Source: an uncultured Planctomycetota bacterium (GTDB lineage Bacteria; Planctomycetota; Planctomycetia; Isosphaerales; Isosphaeraceae). From it: a stretch of 64,000 nucleotides of DNA. The notes under the pieces were generated by a model. The model worked only from the letters and a program-made list of their open reading frames with translations. It searched no databases and was not told the origin of the DNA. Position 1 is the first letter of the stretch. Each line of letters begins with the position of its first letter. Positions 33,110-42,789 of the stretch are shown here, piece after piece. Where the stretch lies: the NCBI GenBank assembly GCA_963823665.1, contig CAWGMQ010000005.1:1056001-1120000 (forward strand). Reading direction: 5' to 3'. The translations under genes were made by a program, and so were the position numbers.

Positions 33110-33931
33110 TCACTTGACGGTGATCAAATCCTTGATCTTGGCGAATTCACCGTCCTTGATGCCCTTCACCTTCATCACGTCTTCGATGGTCTTGAACGGA
33201 CGGCCTTCGATGATTGCCTCGGCCCGGACCGGTCCAATACCGGGAAGAGTGTCGAGCTCTTCCTTGGAGGCGGTGTTCAGGTTGACCTTCTGCCCTGCCT
33301 TGGGCTTGGGCATATCCTTGGTCGCCGCGCCACCAGTGGTCTTGGCGGCGGTCTTGGCGGCGGCCTTGGCGGCGGGGGCGTCGGTCGTGACCAGGTCTCT
33401 GAGCGCATCGATCCGCGATTTGCCGAGGCCCTTGACGCGTTCGAGATCGTCGACCGATTTGAACGGGCGAGCTTCGATGATGGCCTTGGCGTGAGCCGGT
33501 CCGATGTTGGGCAGCTCTTCGAGTGCGGCGGAGTCAGCCGTATTGAGATTCACCTTCTCGGACTTGGCCTTGGGCTGGCTGGCTCCTTCTGTTTTGGACT
33601 TAGCCTTGGCGGCGGCGGCTTCCCCGACGTGAACCTTGGAGCGAATGGCCGTGATCACCCGCGCCGCAATGCCTGCTTTGGCGAGGTCGTCAACTTTGGA
33701 ATAGGGCCTGCCGGCGATGATCTTCTTGGCGGTGGACGGGCCGACGCTCGGGAGCTCTTCGAGCTCTTCGGCGGTGGCTTTGTTCAAGTCGATCGTGGCT
33801 GCCGGGGCTGCCTTCTCCTTGGCAGTGGTTTTCTGCGGGGCGGTCTGGGCCTGGATGGCGACGCTCGTCAGGACAACGACGGCGCCCACGAAAGGCACGA
33901 CCGCGAGTTTCATGAGATTAGGGACATTCAT
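33110..33931 (-). CDS. ComEA-like exported protein with three helix-hairpin-helix domains
   Basis: Three .N.N.A..EEL..LP.IGP..A..II..RP repeats with Ala/Lys linkers. Confidence 0.9.
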   Translation of the reverse strand: MNVPNLMKLAVVPFVGAVVVLTSVAIQAQTAPQKTTAKEKAAPAATIDLNKATAEELEELPSVGPSTAKKIIAGRPYSKVDDLAKAGIAARVITAIRSKVHVGEAAAAKAKSKTEGASQPKAKSEKVNLNTADSAALEELPNIGPAHAKAIIEARPFKSVDDLERVKGLGKSRIDALRDLVTTDAPAAKAAAKTAAKTTGGAATKDMPKPKAGQKVNLNTASKEELDTLPGIGPVRAEAIIEGRPFKTIEDVMKVKGIKDGEFAKIKDLITVK

Positions 33932-34297
33932 GGTTCTGCACTCGTCAAGTCAAAATCTACCACGGAAGAAGGAAACCGCATGGGAGAAGGTTGGATGCCG
34001 TGCGGTCTGCATGGAAGGCGATCGTCGCGTCTGGGCACAGCGGAACGCAGCGGTCCCAGCGGACTTTCGGGCTTGAAAAGGTCACAACCGGAGTCGCACG
34101 GATCTCGTCTCCCCATGCCAGCATACAGTGACGACGCGTGGATTCCAGAGCCTAGTGCCGTGCCGGATTACAGTTTTCTGAAGATGATGTGGCGGCGCCG
34201 CCGCGATTCGGGAGCGACACCTCGTTTCTTGAGTTTCGCCGCGTTATCATTCTGTGGTATTAACCCGTCATCATCGACACGTCGCGAGGAGCATATC

Positions 34298-35155
34298 ATG
34301 CGTTGGCAGGAAGGACGGCGGAGCGAGAACGTCGAGGATCGACGCGGAATGACACCCGCGAGACTTGCCATTGGAGGCGGCATCGGGACATTGCTGCTCG
34401 CGCTGGCCGCGATTTTTCTGGGTGCGGACCCTCGCCAGGTGCTGAACGCACTTCAGCAGCAACAACAACAAGCGGCGCCTGCTGGCGCCAAAGCACCGAG
34501 AAACCCTGAAGAAGATGAACGCGTTGACTTCGTGAAGCGCGTGCTGGCCATGACCGAGGACGTGTGGACGGACATCTTCCGCAAGAGCGGGAAGGCGTAC
34601 CAGAAACCCACGCTGATCACATTTAGCCGCGCGGTCGAGTCGGCTTGCGGAAATGCGAGTGCGGCCGTCGGGCCATTCTATTGTCCCAACGATTCGAACG
34701 TTTACATCGACGTGAGCTTTTTCAAGGAGCTGGAGGAGAAATTCAATTCCCCTGGCGACTTTGCCCAAGCGTACGTGGTGGCGCATGAAGTCGGCCATCA
34801 CGTACAGAACCTGCTTGGAATCAGCAGCAAGGTGCATGCGGCGCAGAGCCGTATGAGCAAGGAAGAGGCCAGCGAGCTGTCGGTGCGGCTCGAGCTGCAG
34901 GCGGATTTCCTGGCTGGCGTGTGGGCGCACCACGAGCAACGGATGGAGCAGGTTCTCGAACCTGGTGACGTCGAGAGAGCGCTCAACGCAGCGTCGGCGA
35001 TCGGTGACGACCGAATCCAGATGGAGAACCAGGGATACGTCGTTCCCGACACCTTTACCCACGGCACTTCCAAACAGCGGGTGCGCTGGTTCCGGAAGGG
35101 CTTGACAACCGGCGACATGAACCAGATGGATACGTTCAACGCCCCGGAGCTGTAG
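34298..35155 (+). CDS. YpfJ-like neutral zinc metallopeptidase
   Basis: RRSENVEDRRG, GPFYCP.D, AHEVGHHVQ, ELQADF.AG, FTHGTS.QR. Confidence 0.92.
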   Translation: MRWQEGRRSENVEDRRGMTPARLAIGGGIGTLLLALAAIFLGADPRQVLNALQQQQQQAAPAGAKAPRNPEEDERVDFVKRVLAMTEDVWTDIFRKSGKAYQKPTLITFSRAVESACGNASAAVGPFYCPNDSNVYIDVSFFKELEEKFNSPGDFAQAYVVAHEVGHHVQNLLGISSKVHAAQSRMSKEEASELSVRLELQADFLAGVWAHHEQRMEQVLEPGDVERALNAASAIGDDRIQMENQGYVVPDTFTHGTSKQRVRWFRKGLTTGDMNQMDTFNAPEL

Positions 35156-35294
35156 GTTCAAGAGTGCAAGAAAGTCTGGCCGGACTTCCGTGCCATCTCC
35201 ACCCTTCGTCGGCTCTCTCCGCCGGAACAGAGAGACGGTTGGCAATGGAGTGGAATTCGATCGTGACGTCTTCATTTCCGCGAGGTGCACGCAG

Positions 35295-35699
35295 ATGGGC
35301 AGTGTGATCGATGTTGAAGGCATCGGTGAAGTCTACGGCGCGAAGCTCAAGGAAGCCGGCATCGCGACGACCAGCTCGCTTCTCAAAGAAGGAGCGTCTC
35401 CGGCCGGCCGGAAGAAAATTGCCAAGGACACCGGGATCAGCCACGCGCTGATCCTGCGCTGGATCAACCACGTCGACCTTTTCCGCATCAAAGGGGTGCA
35501 AAAACAGTATGCTGAGCTGCTGGAAGCGTCCGGCGTGGATTCGATTCCAGAGCTGGCGCAGCGCATCCCGGCGAACCTCCAGCCCAAGATGGCGGCGGTG
35601 AACGAGAAGAAGAAACTGGTGCGCAAGCTGCCCACTTTGGACCAAGTCGCCGACTGGGTGGCGCAGGCGAAGAAACTCCCTCGAACCATCACGTATTGA
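35295..35699 (+). CDS. DUF4332 family protein
   Basis: I.DVEGIG, WINH.DL.RI.G....YAELLE..GVD. Confidence 0.88.
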   Translation: MGSVIDVEGIGEVYGAKLKEAGIATTSSLLKEGASPAGRKKIAKDTGISHALILRWINHVDLFRIKGVQKQYAELLEASGVDSIPELAQRIPANLQPKMAAVNEKKKLVRKLPTLDQVADWVAQAKKLPRTITY

Positions 35700-35737
35700 G
35701 CCCCGGCACGAACCATATAACCCGAAGAGGTACCACA

Positions 35738-36181
35738 ATGTCCGACGTCGTCGACCGGCTCGCATCCCAAACAGGCATTTCGGCCGATCAGATTCAAAAG
35801 GGCCTTGGAGCATTCTTTACCTTTCTGAAAAAGGAACTGGGTGAGGAGACGTACACCGAGGTTGAGGCGTCGGTTCCCGATGCCGTGAATGCGGTGAAGA
35901 CGTTCGAGACGGCGCCCGAGGCGAGTCAAGGATCGGGTAGCCTGCTCGGGATGGTCACCGATCTGGCCGGTAAATTTCTGGGCGGTAAAACTGGAGCGGG
36001 AGCCGAGCTGGTGGCGAGCTTTACCAAATTAGGCTTCAAGCCGGAACAGATCGAGAGTTTTCTGCCCAAGGTGCTCGAGCTGATCAAGGCCCATCTTTCA
36101 CCGGAGCTCGTCCAAAAGATCATGGCCAGTCTGCCAGCACTGGCCGCGATGCTCGGCGCGCGGGCGAAGAACGAAGCTTAA
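35738..36181 (+). CDS. Small helical protein, DUF2780-like
   Basis: Good RBS; L....G.S..Q...G.GA pattern. Confidence 0.6.
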   Translation: MSDVVDRLASQTGISADQIQKGLGAFFTFLKKELGEETYTEVEASVPDAVNAVKTFETAPEASQGSGSLLGMVTDLAGKFLGGKTGAGAELVASFTKLGFKPEQIESFLPKVLELIKAHLSPELVQKIMASLPALAAMLGARAKNEA

Positions 36182-36392
36182 GCGGCAGTGGGGCCTGCGA
36201 TTGGAATTGGTGGACTGGGCGGATCGTGGCGGATTTCCGATCGGGAGCTCATGCACGACCGCCTGGAATGCCGATGATGACGATACGAAACGGCCTGAAC
36301 GTATTGCATGCACGCTGGCTCTGAAGCTCGCATGGAAACCGTTCAGTGTCCGGGAGAATCAGCCGAACGTCTTTTGGGAATGGATTCCCGAC

Positions 36393-37328
36393 ATGCGGTC
36401 GTATCATCGATTGGGCTCGCGTGGTGTACGTCGCGTTTCCCTGCACGCCGAACCGCTCGAGCATCGAACGCTTTTGAGCGGGGCGCCGGCAACGCAGCAC
36501 GTGGCGATTGATGTACCGAGCGAGTACGTGAGCCAGCAGGCCGACCAGCTCACGGTCACGCTGGTGCGCTCGTCGCCTTCAGGGCACAGCCGCAGCCTGC
36601 GGCCATTGACGATTGATTTCTGGGCAGCGGAGGGTTCCCTTACACACGGCGGCAAGCTCACCGATACAGTCGTGCCGGCGCAATTCACGCCGGTCAACCA
36701 GTCGGTGACGTTCCCAGCGGGGATGACGACCGAGACCGTTGCCGTCCCCATCACCTCGGGAGCACCAAATCCTGGGTCAGTGGCGGTGCGGCTGGGCGTG
36801 AGCTCGCCTTCGGGACGGGCGCGCGATAGCGCTTTGACGGTTTATCTTGCGAACAGTGTCGCCGCCGTTCCACCGTCGATCGTCGCCGTTCAACGGGTTG
36901 CTGGAGGAATCGCGATCACGTTCAGCAAGCCGATGAACCCTGCTCGGGTTCAGAATATCCACAATTACGCGGTCAGGTTTACTCCCTCGCAGCAGTTCAA
37001 CGTGGTGGATTTGACCGGCGTCGGTCTGATCCAGCAGTTGACCAACGGCAAGCAGCCAATCCCGCTGAGACGAGCGACCTACGATGCCGCCACGAACACG
37101 GTCTTGCTGGTTGCTACCGAGCAGCTCGGGCTCAACGGCGTGTACACGATCAGCAACGCACCGAGCCTCCGCTTCCCTGGGAACAGACCGCACAAGGCAC
37201 GCCCCCTCACCGACCTGGAAGGCAACCCACTCGAGGAGGAAGACGGCGGCGGCGGCGTCTTCTCGATCAACATCAGCAAGGGGCGTCCGTACGCGGTGGG
37301 CGCGCCCAGTATCTCGGACGGGAGTTGA
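36393..37328 (+). CDS. Planctomycete extracellular protein with LEPRxLL-type leader
   Basis: AEPLEHRTLLS after a basic N-terminus; beta-rich body. Confidence 0.75.
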   Translation: MRSYHRLGSRGVRRVSLHAEPLEHRTLLSGAPATQHVAIDVPSEYVSQQADQLTVTLVRSSPSGHSRSLRPLTIDFWAAEGSLTHGGKLTDTVVPAQFTPVNQSVTFPAGMTTETVAVPITSGAPNPGSVAVRLGVSSPSGRARDSALTVYLANSVAAVPPSIVAVQRVAGGIAITFSKPMNPARVQNIHNYAVRFTPSQQFNVVDLTGVGLIQQLTNGKQPIPLRRATYDAATNTVLLVATEQLGLNGVYTISNAPSLRFPGNRPHKARPLTDLEGNPLEEEDGGGGVFSINISKGRPYAVGAPSISDGS

Positions 37329-37551
37329 TCGAGGAACCGAACTGAAGAAACGCGAGATCGCCCGTCGAGAAGGCGCGATCGAATCAAGCCGCGGTGTTCG
37401 ATCGCGGTGGAGCGCCCGAGGCTCTCGGGTGTGGCGTGCCGCAATTTCTCAGGTTAACCTGAGTAACGTTCAATAGAACAGCGGGCCGACTCCGAGAGGG
37501 GCAGCGGAGCACGCGCACAACACGCGGAAACTCACCAAGGGAACGGCACTC

Positions 37552-38898
37552 ATGGCGCATCGTATTCATCCTGGAATATTTGTTTGTGTGACGATAGCTA
37601 CGGGCCTGTTGATCGGCGCGGCAAGCGGTGACGAGCCGCAGAAGAGTGGGGGGGTGTTGACCGGCCAGGATGCTCTGGGCGACTGGACCACCGATGCACC
37701 GGGCGTGCGCCGGCGGATCACGATCGACGACCTTGCCAAGCCGTTCGCGACTCCGTCTGCGAACAATTTCCCCAGGCCCGCGCGCCGGCCTTCGGAGGCC
37801 ATGCCGCGGGCGCCGAAGGGATTCCAGGTTTCCGAGTTTGCGGCCGGTTTGCAGAACCCTCGCAAGATCGTGACTGCGCCAAACGGCGACATCTTTATTG
37901 CCGAAAGCATGCCGAGTGGCCGTACGCCCGGCCGAATCAAGGTCCTTCGCGATACCGACGGCGACGGTAAGGCCGACGTGACCGAGAACTTTGCGACCGG
38001 TTTGCGCCGGCCGTTCGGGATCGCGTTCTACCCCGCCGGCCCGAATCCTACCTACGTGTACGTAGGCAACACCGACTCGGTCGTCCGCTTTCCCTATCGG
38101 AACGGCGACACCAAAGCTTCAGGAGAAGCGCAGATGCTGGTCGACAACATCCCCACCGGGCGAGAGCAAGTAGGCGGTGGGGGACACTGGACTCGCGATG
38201 TTGAATTCGCCAAGGACGGCAAGACGCTCTTTGTCTCGGTCGGTTCGCGGTCGAACGTGAGTGACGACCAGAGCGAAGCGCGGCGCGCCGATATTCTGGC
38301 GTTCGACCCCGACGGGAAGAACGAGCGCATCTACGCATCGGGTATCCGCAACGCCGTCGGCCTGGCCATTCATCCCGAGACCGGCCAGCTCTGGGCTTCG
38401 GTCAACGAGCGTGACGCGCTCGGCGACCACCTGGTGCCCGATTATGTGACCCACGTAGAACAAGGCGGTTTCTACGGCTGGCCCTGGTACTACATCGGTG
38501 CCCATCAAGACCCTCGGCACGGAGGCAAGCACCCGGAGCTCAAGGACAAGGTGATCGTCCCCGACGTGCTGGTTCAATCGCACTCGGCATCATTGTGCAT
38601 GACGTTTTATACCGGCAGTCAGTTTCCTGAATCGTATCGCCTCGACGCATTCGCTGCCGAGCACGGCTCGTGGAACCGCGCGCGCCGTACCGGTTACAAG
38701 GTGATTCGGATCCCGATGAAGGACGGTAAAGCGACCGGCGAATACGAGGACTTCCTGGTCGGTTTCGTCACCCCGGAAGGTAATGTCTGGGGCCGCCCGG
38801 TTGGCGTGACCGTGGCCAAGGACGGCGCGCTCCTGGTCACCGACGACGGTTCGGGCATCGTCTGGCGGGTCGCATACATCGGCTCGGACACGAAGTGA
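37552..38898 (+). CDS. L-sorbosone dehydrogenase / PQQ-dependent sugar dehydrogenase family
   Basis: HWTR, SVGS.SN, G.RN.VG, VNERD.LGD, FYGWP, HGSWNR, GRPVGV. Confidence 0.9.
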   Translation: MAHRIHPGIFVCVTIATGLLIGAASGDEPQKSGGVLTGQDALGDWTTDAPGVRRRITIDDLAKPFATPSANNFPRPARRPSEAMPRAPKGFQVSEFAAGLQNPRKIVTAPNGDIFIAESMPSGRTPGRIKVLRDTDGDGKADVTENFATGLRRPFGIAFYPAGPNPTYVYVGNTDSVVRFPYRNGDTKASGEAQMLVDNIPTGREQVGGGGHWTRDVEFAKDGKTLFVSVGSRSNVSDDQSEARRADILAFDPDGKNERIYASGIRNAVGLAIHPETGQLWASVNERDALGDHLVPDYVTHVEQGGFYGWPWYYIGAHQDPRHGGKHPELKDKVIVPDVLVQSHSASLCMTFYTGSQFPESYRLDAFAAEHGSWNRARRTGYKVIRIPMKDGKATGEYEDFLVGFVTPEGNVWGRPVGVTVAKDGALLVTDDGSGIVWRVAYIGSDTK

Positions 38899-40079
38899 TG
38901 AGCGGTGCCAGTCAAATGCGCATTCAGCAGCCGCGATCGGCATTTCGACTTGCTCTGGGTGTTGGGTGCATTCTGGTCTTGGGACTGGAGCTGCCACGAT
39001 CGCTGCGCGCCCAAGCACGGGTGCAGCCGACGGTCGATGAGCGGTGGATCGGCCAACGGGTGGTGCAGAAGGTCGCCAAGCTGACGCTCCGCATGAATGG
39101 CGAGCCCGTCGAAGGCAACAACGGCACGCGTCACTTTTATCGGGTGGAGCAGATCGATGGTGCGTCGCTTCTGCTCAAGCCAGAAGGCCAGGGAAAAGGG
39201 GGCTGGGCGAGTGCAGTCGAGGTCATTCGCGTCGCTGAGGCACTCGAGTTCTTCCTCCAGCAAATCCAACGTAATCCCAAAGACCCGTTGTCATTCGCCA
39301 TGATCGGGCTGCTCAGGGGCGACCGGAACGAGTACGACCTGGCCATCCACAGCTACGACGAAGCAATCCGGCTCGAGCCGAAAAATGCCGCGATCTACGC
39401 AGCCCGGGCCCGATCGTGGTATGCAAAGAAAGAGTATGACCGCGCCATCGCGGACTACGACGCCGCAATCATTCGCGATCCGAAGAACTGCGCCGCGTAC
39501 ATCGGGCGCGGCCTCACTGCTGTTGCGAGGAACCAGTACACGCAGGCCATCGCCGACTTCAGCGAGGCGATCTGGCTCGACCCGCTCTCGACATCAGCTT
39601 ACTTCAATCGCGGTCGCGCGTGGCGATCCAGGAAGGAGTATGCGAAGGCGATCATCGATTACAATCTGGCAGCGCGGCTCGACCCCCAACGGGCCGACGT
39701 TTTTCGTGAGCGCGCTAATGCCTGGGAAGCGCTGAACAGCTATCGCAATGCTATCGCCGATTACGGGGAGGCGATTCGGATCGATCCGCGCGACCCGCGA
39801 GCATACAGCGATCAAGCCAGGCTCCTCGTGACATGCCCGGATCGGATGCTGCGCGATGCCAAGCTTGCCGTGGATTTGGCAAGGAAAGCATGCGAGCTGA
39901 CCCGCTGGCAGGAAGCCAGCGCGCTTGACGCGCTGGCTCGTGCCTCGGCCGCGATCGGAGATTTCAAATCGGCTGTAGAGTGGCAAACCAAGTCAAACGT
40001 ACTCGCTCGCAGCCCCGTCGAGCGGGAAGAGGGAGCCGCTCGGCTGAAGCAATACCTGGAAAAGCTGCCGGAACCGTGA
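38895..40079 (+). CDS. Exported TPR-repeat protein
   Basis: Repeated AI.DY..AI.LDP motifs; A..ACELT.W tail. Confidence 0.88.
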   Translation: MMSGASQMRIQQPRSAFRLALGVGCILVLGLELPRSLRAQARVQPTVDERWIGQRVVQKVAKLTLRMNGEPVEGNNGTRHFYRVEQIDGASLLLKPEGQGKGGWASAVEVIRVAEALEFFLQQIQRNPKDPLSFAMIGLLRGDRNEYDLAIHSYDEAIRLEPKNAAIYAARARSWYAKKEYDRAIADYDAAIIRDPKNCAAYIGRGLTAVARNQYTQAIADFSEAIWLDPLSTSAYFNRGRAWRSRKEYAKAIIDYNLAARLDPQRADVFRERANAWEALNSYRNAIADYGEAIRIDPRDPRAYSDQARLLVTCPDRMLRDAKLAVDLARKACELTRWQEASALDALARASAAIGDFKSAVEWQTKSNVLARSPVEREEGAARLKQYLEKLPEP

Positions 40080-40214
40080 GCAGACGTCTGAGGCGAACCC
40101 GCGCGGCGGCCGATTCACCCGGGCTATCGCACGCCCGGGACAATCTTGCCGCAGAGCCTAGGCATCAACGCGTACGGCACGCAAAGCTCCTATCGGACGC
40201 CATGTGGGAACATC

Positions 40215-41831
40215 TCAGAGGCCGCTCAAGTTCAGGCCGACGAGCCTGATCCCCTTCTTCAGTCCCAGTTCTTTCACGACATTCTCACTCGCCGGCACCG
40301 TCAAGCTTCGGCGCGGGGCGATGCTGATGCCGACCAGGAACTTGGGCACTTCCTCCGCCGCACTTGCGACGCCCAGTGCCGCTAGGCCGTTCAGAACAAG
40401 GGGCGATGCGTTTTCGATTCGAATCTCATAGTGCATCTTCCCCTTGTCCTTGACCCCCTTGCTCAACTGTGCCCGGACCAGTCGATTGAGGATTCCCTCC
40501 GACATCTCCTCGCAGAGATCGTAGGTGTCGAGCTTGCCTTTGTCCCGTTTGACGGGAACGTTGAACTTACCGAACGCGACCCAGTGTTGCGCCGCGCCGT
40601 CGCTCGAGAAGACCTGGACCAGCGCAGTGCTCGCGCTCAGCTTGACGCGGCAAGCCACAGCGGGAGCATTCGGCCGAGGCGGTATCCCGTTGTCAGCGAG
40701 GAGCCCCAAGACCATCTTGTTCTGAAGCGTCCGCGAGAGCTCGGCCGCCGCCACTTCACCCGCGCTGTCGCTTCCCGAGACTTCGAAAAGAACCCTGGCA
40801 TTCTCATCGACGACCTTTGTATCCAGCCGAGCCACGAAATCCTGGGCGAGCGTCATCTCGTAGCGGTTAACCCAGTTTCCCGCGAGCTGGGAAATGGAGT
40901 TCCAATCAAGTCCGGCGCACACATGCCACATGACAAGCTGCGAAACTCGCGAGGGAGCCATGCGCTCAGCCAGTCGCCTCAATGCCGTCTGGACTCGCGG
41001 GTCTTGATTGGTTTCGGCAATGTCGGCGAGTGCGAGCGGCTCGCCCTTCTGGGGCAGCCTCAAGACGATCGCGGGGTCGGGAGGCGTCAGACTCACCAAT
41101 CGCGTCGGCAAGTGACGGGTCTGACCCGGCTCCAGAACGGCCGAAGGGACCCCTGTTGCAGGCACGGAGCGCATACCGCCGCCCATTCCACCCATCATGC
41201 CGCCGCCCATACCGCCGCCCATCATCCCCATGCCGCCACCCATTCCACCCATGCCTCTCATACCCATCATTCCGATCATGAGGCTGCGCATGTCCCAACT
41301 ATCAGGATCACCGCAAAAATACATGATAATTCGCGCAAGCGTCATCATGCCGAACATTGCCGGCATTGTCCCGGAACTGCGGCCCATGCCTCCCATGCCT
41401 CGCATCCCGCCGCCCATGCCTCCCATGCCGCCGCCCATGCCTCCCATGCCACCGCCCATGCCGCCACCCATGCCTCCCATGCCACCGCCCATGCCTCCCA
41501 TTCCTCCGAACTGGCCGGTCGCGCCTTGCGCAATCAAGCCCGGCGGCAGCACGACTCGCAGTTGGCGGCGGGTGCGATTCGTGAGAGAGACGGTCATCCG
41601 GCCATCGTCTCGGCCCTCGGCCTTGACGGTGATCTCCCCGTCGCGCGCGGCGGCAAGCAGGTTGACTTCCCGAATCTCCTGCTCGTCCTGGTTCTTTGAT
41701 CGTTCCGGCGCAACTTGCGACGGACGGACTTTTGTCTCGGACTTGTCCTGGGGGTCTCCCGCACAAGCCGGGGAAAAACCAAGCGAACCTGTGAGGCCAA
41801 TTACCAGGAACGCCCGAATGCAGTAATTCAT
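40215..41831 (-). CDS. Secreted Gly/Met-linker protein, paralog P1 (most divergent)
   Basis: Signal peptide; (GGM)n-LARIIMYFCGDPDSWDMRSLM-(GGM)n; ends LNLSGL. Confidence 0.85.
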   Translation of the reverse strand: MNYCIRAFLVIGLTGSLGFSPACAGDPQDKSETKVRPSQVAPERSKNQDEQEIREVNLLAAARDGEITVKAEGRDDGRMTVSLTNRTRRQLRVVLPPGLIAQGATGQFGGMGGMGGGMGGMGGGMGGGMGGMGGGMGGMGGGMRGMGGMGRSSGTMPAMFGMMTLARIIMYFCGDPDSWDMRSLMIGMMGMRGMGGMGGGMGMMGGGMGGGMMGGMGGGMRSVPATGVPSAVLEPGQTRHLPTRLVSLTPPDPAIVLRLPQKGEPLALADIAETNQDPRVQTALRRLAERMAPSRVSQLVMWHVCAGLDWNSISQLAGNWVNRYEMTLAQDFVARLDTKVVDENARVLFEVSGSDSAGEVAAAELSRTLQNKMVLGLLADNGIPPRPNAPAVACRVKLSASTALVQVFSSDGAAQHWVAFGKFNVPVKRDKGKLDTYDLCEEMSEGILNRLVRAQLSKGVKDKGKMHYEIRIENASPLVLNGLAALGVASAAEEVPKFLVGISIAPRRSLTVPASENVVKELGLKKGIRLVGLNLSGL

Positions 41832-42120
41832 CGAACGAGACCTTTCGTATGAAAGAGATAAATGAATCGTGCGGCGCAGACGAGCGCGACACACGAAGTA
41901 CAAATTCACTCGTTTATTTAGCCGGGATCGGCTGCCGCGTTGCGGCGTGAGATGCGAATCCGGACGGGATCACCGCGTCGATATGCGGGGCGATCCACTA
42001 CCGACGCGCCACCAAGCCGTCTCACAACGAGCAGGCCGAATGCCGCGGAGGGATCCCCGCGTGACACGGTGCGGCTCGGAAGCGCTCAGGTCGCACAGCG
42101 GATGATCGAAGAAGGGAGGT

Positions 42121-42471
42121 CTAACAGCGAAGCGGTGAAAGGGTAGGAACGCGCCGCGTGCTGAAGGCAATCGACCAGGGCAAACAGAGCGAGCGCGGGA
42201 CGACTACAGGTCCCAAGTCGGTCTCTTCGCGGATGTTGTAGTCGGTCTCGGCCAGCACGATTTTTGGCCGTGCCTTCCACGGAGCAAAGCGACTCATCGT
42301 CGGCGCATCTGGAATGCTCATCCCAACCGGCCGAACGGATGTGCCGTCGACCGTCAGTGTAGCGAAAGCCGAGGCTTTTGCCGGTGACTCGGTCGACAGC
42401 GCGAACAGCGCCGACGGCGCGCTTAGCAAAGGAAAGAACAGGACCAAGAGAGCCGGACGAATGACGAACAT
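42121..42471 (-). CDS. Small signal-peptide protein sA (116 aa) ending SPLRC
   Basis: Homologous to sB and sC: APWKARPKIVL.ET, DLGP. Confidence 0.75.
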   Translation of the reverse strand: MFVIRPALLVLFFPLLSAPSALFALSTESPAKASAFATLTVDGTSVRPVGMSIPDAPTMSRFAPWKARPKIVLAETDYNIREETDLGPVVVPRSLCLPWSIAFSTRRVPTLSPLRC

Positions 42472-42789
42472 CCCGCTTCCCCACGAGGAGCCAGTCGAGA
42501 TCAAGCGCGTATCAGCCTGATCACAAGGAAAGCTCATGAGATAGGATATCTCGTCCAAAGCGCTCGATCAAGGCAGAGCTTCAGATATCTTATTATGCGA
42601 TGTTGTGCCCGCGGCCGGCCATGAAATAGCGATGTCATCCTTGGTTCTTGACAGCAGCACCGACCAGAATCCGGAACCGAACGAAGTTCCCCGGCGAGCC
42701 ATCCTCGCCGGGGCTGGTCAAGATCATTGAGACGTGTCGGTCGTTTTCAGCGTCTGGGCACGCTGCGAATCCGGTGAACGCCCGCAACA

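Noticed and set aside
31853..34297. N-terminal 815 codons of the 1100-aa ORF
   Set aside because: Antisense to the heme-protein and ComEA genes; the real peptidase starts at 34298 after an RBS
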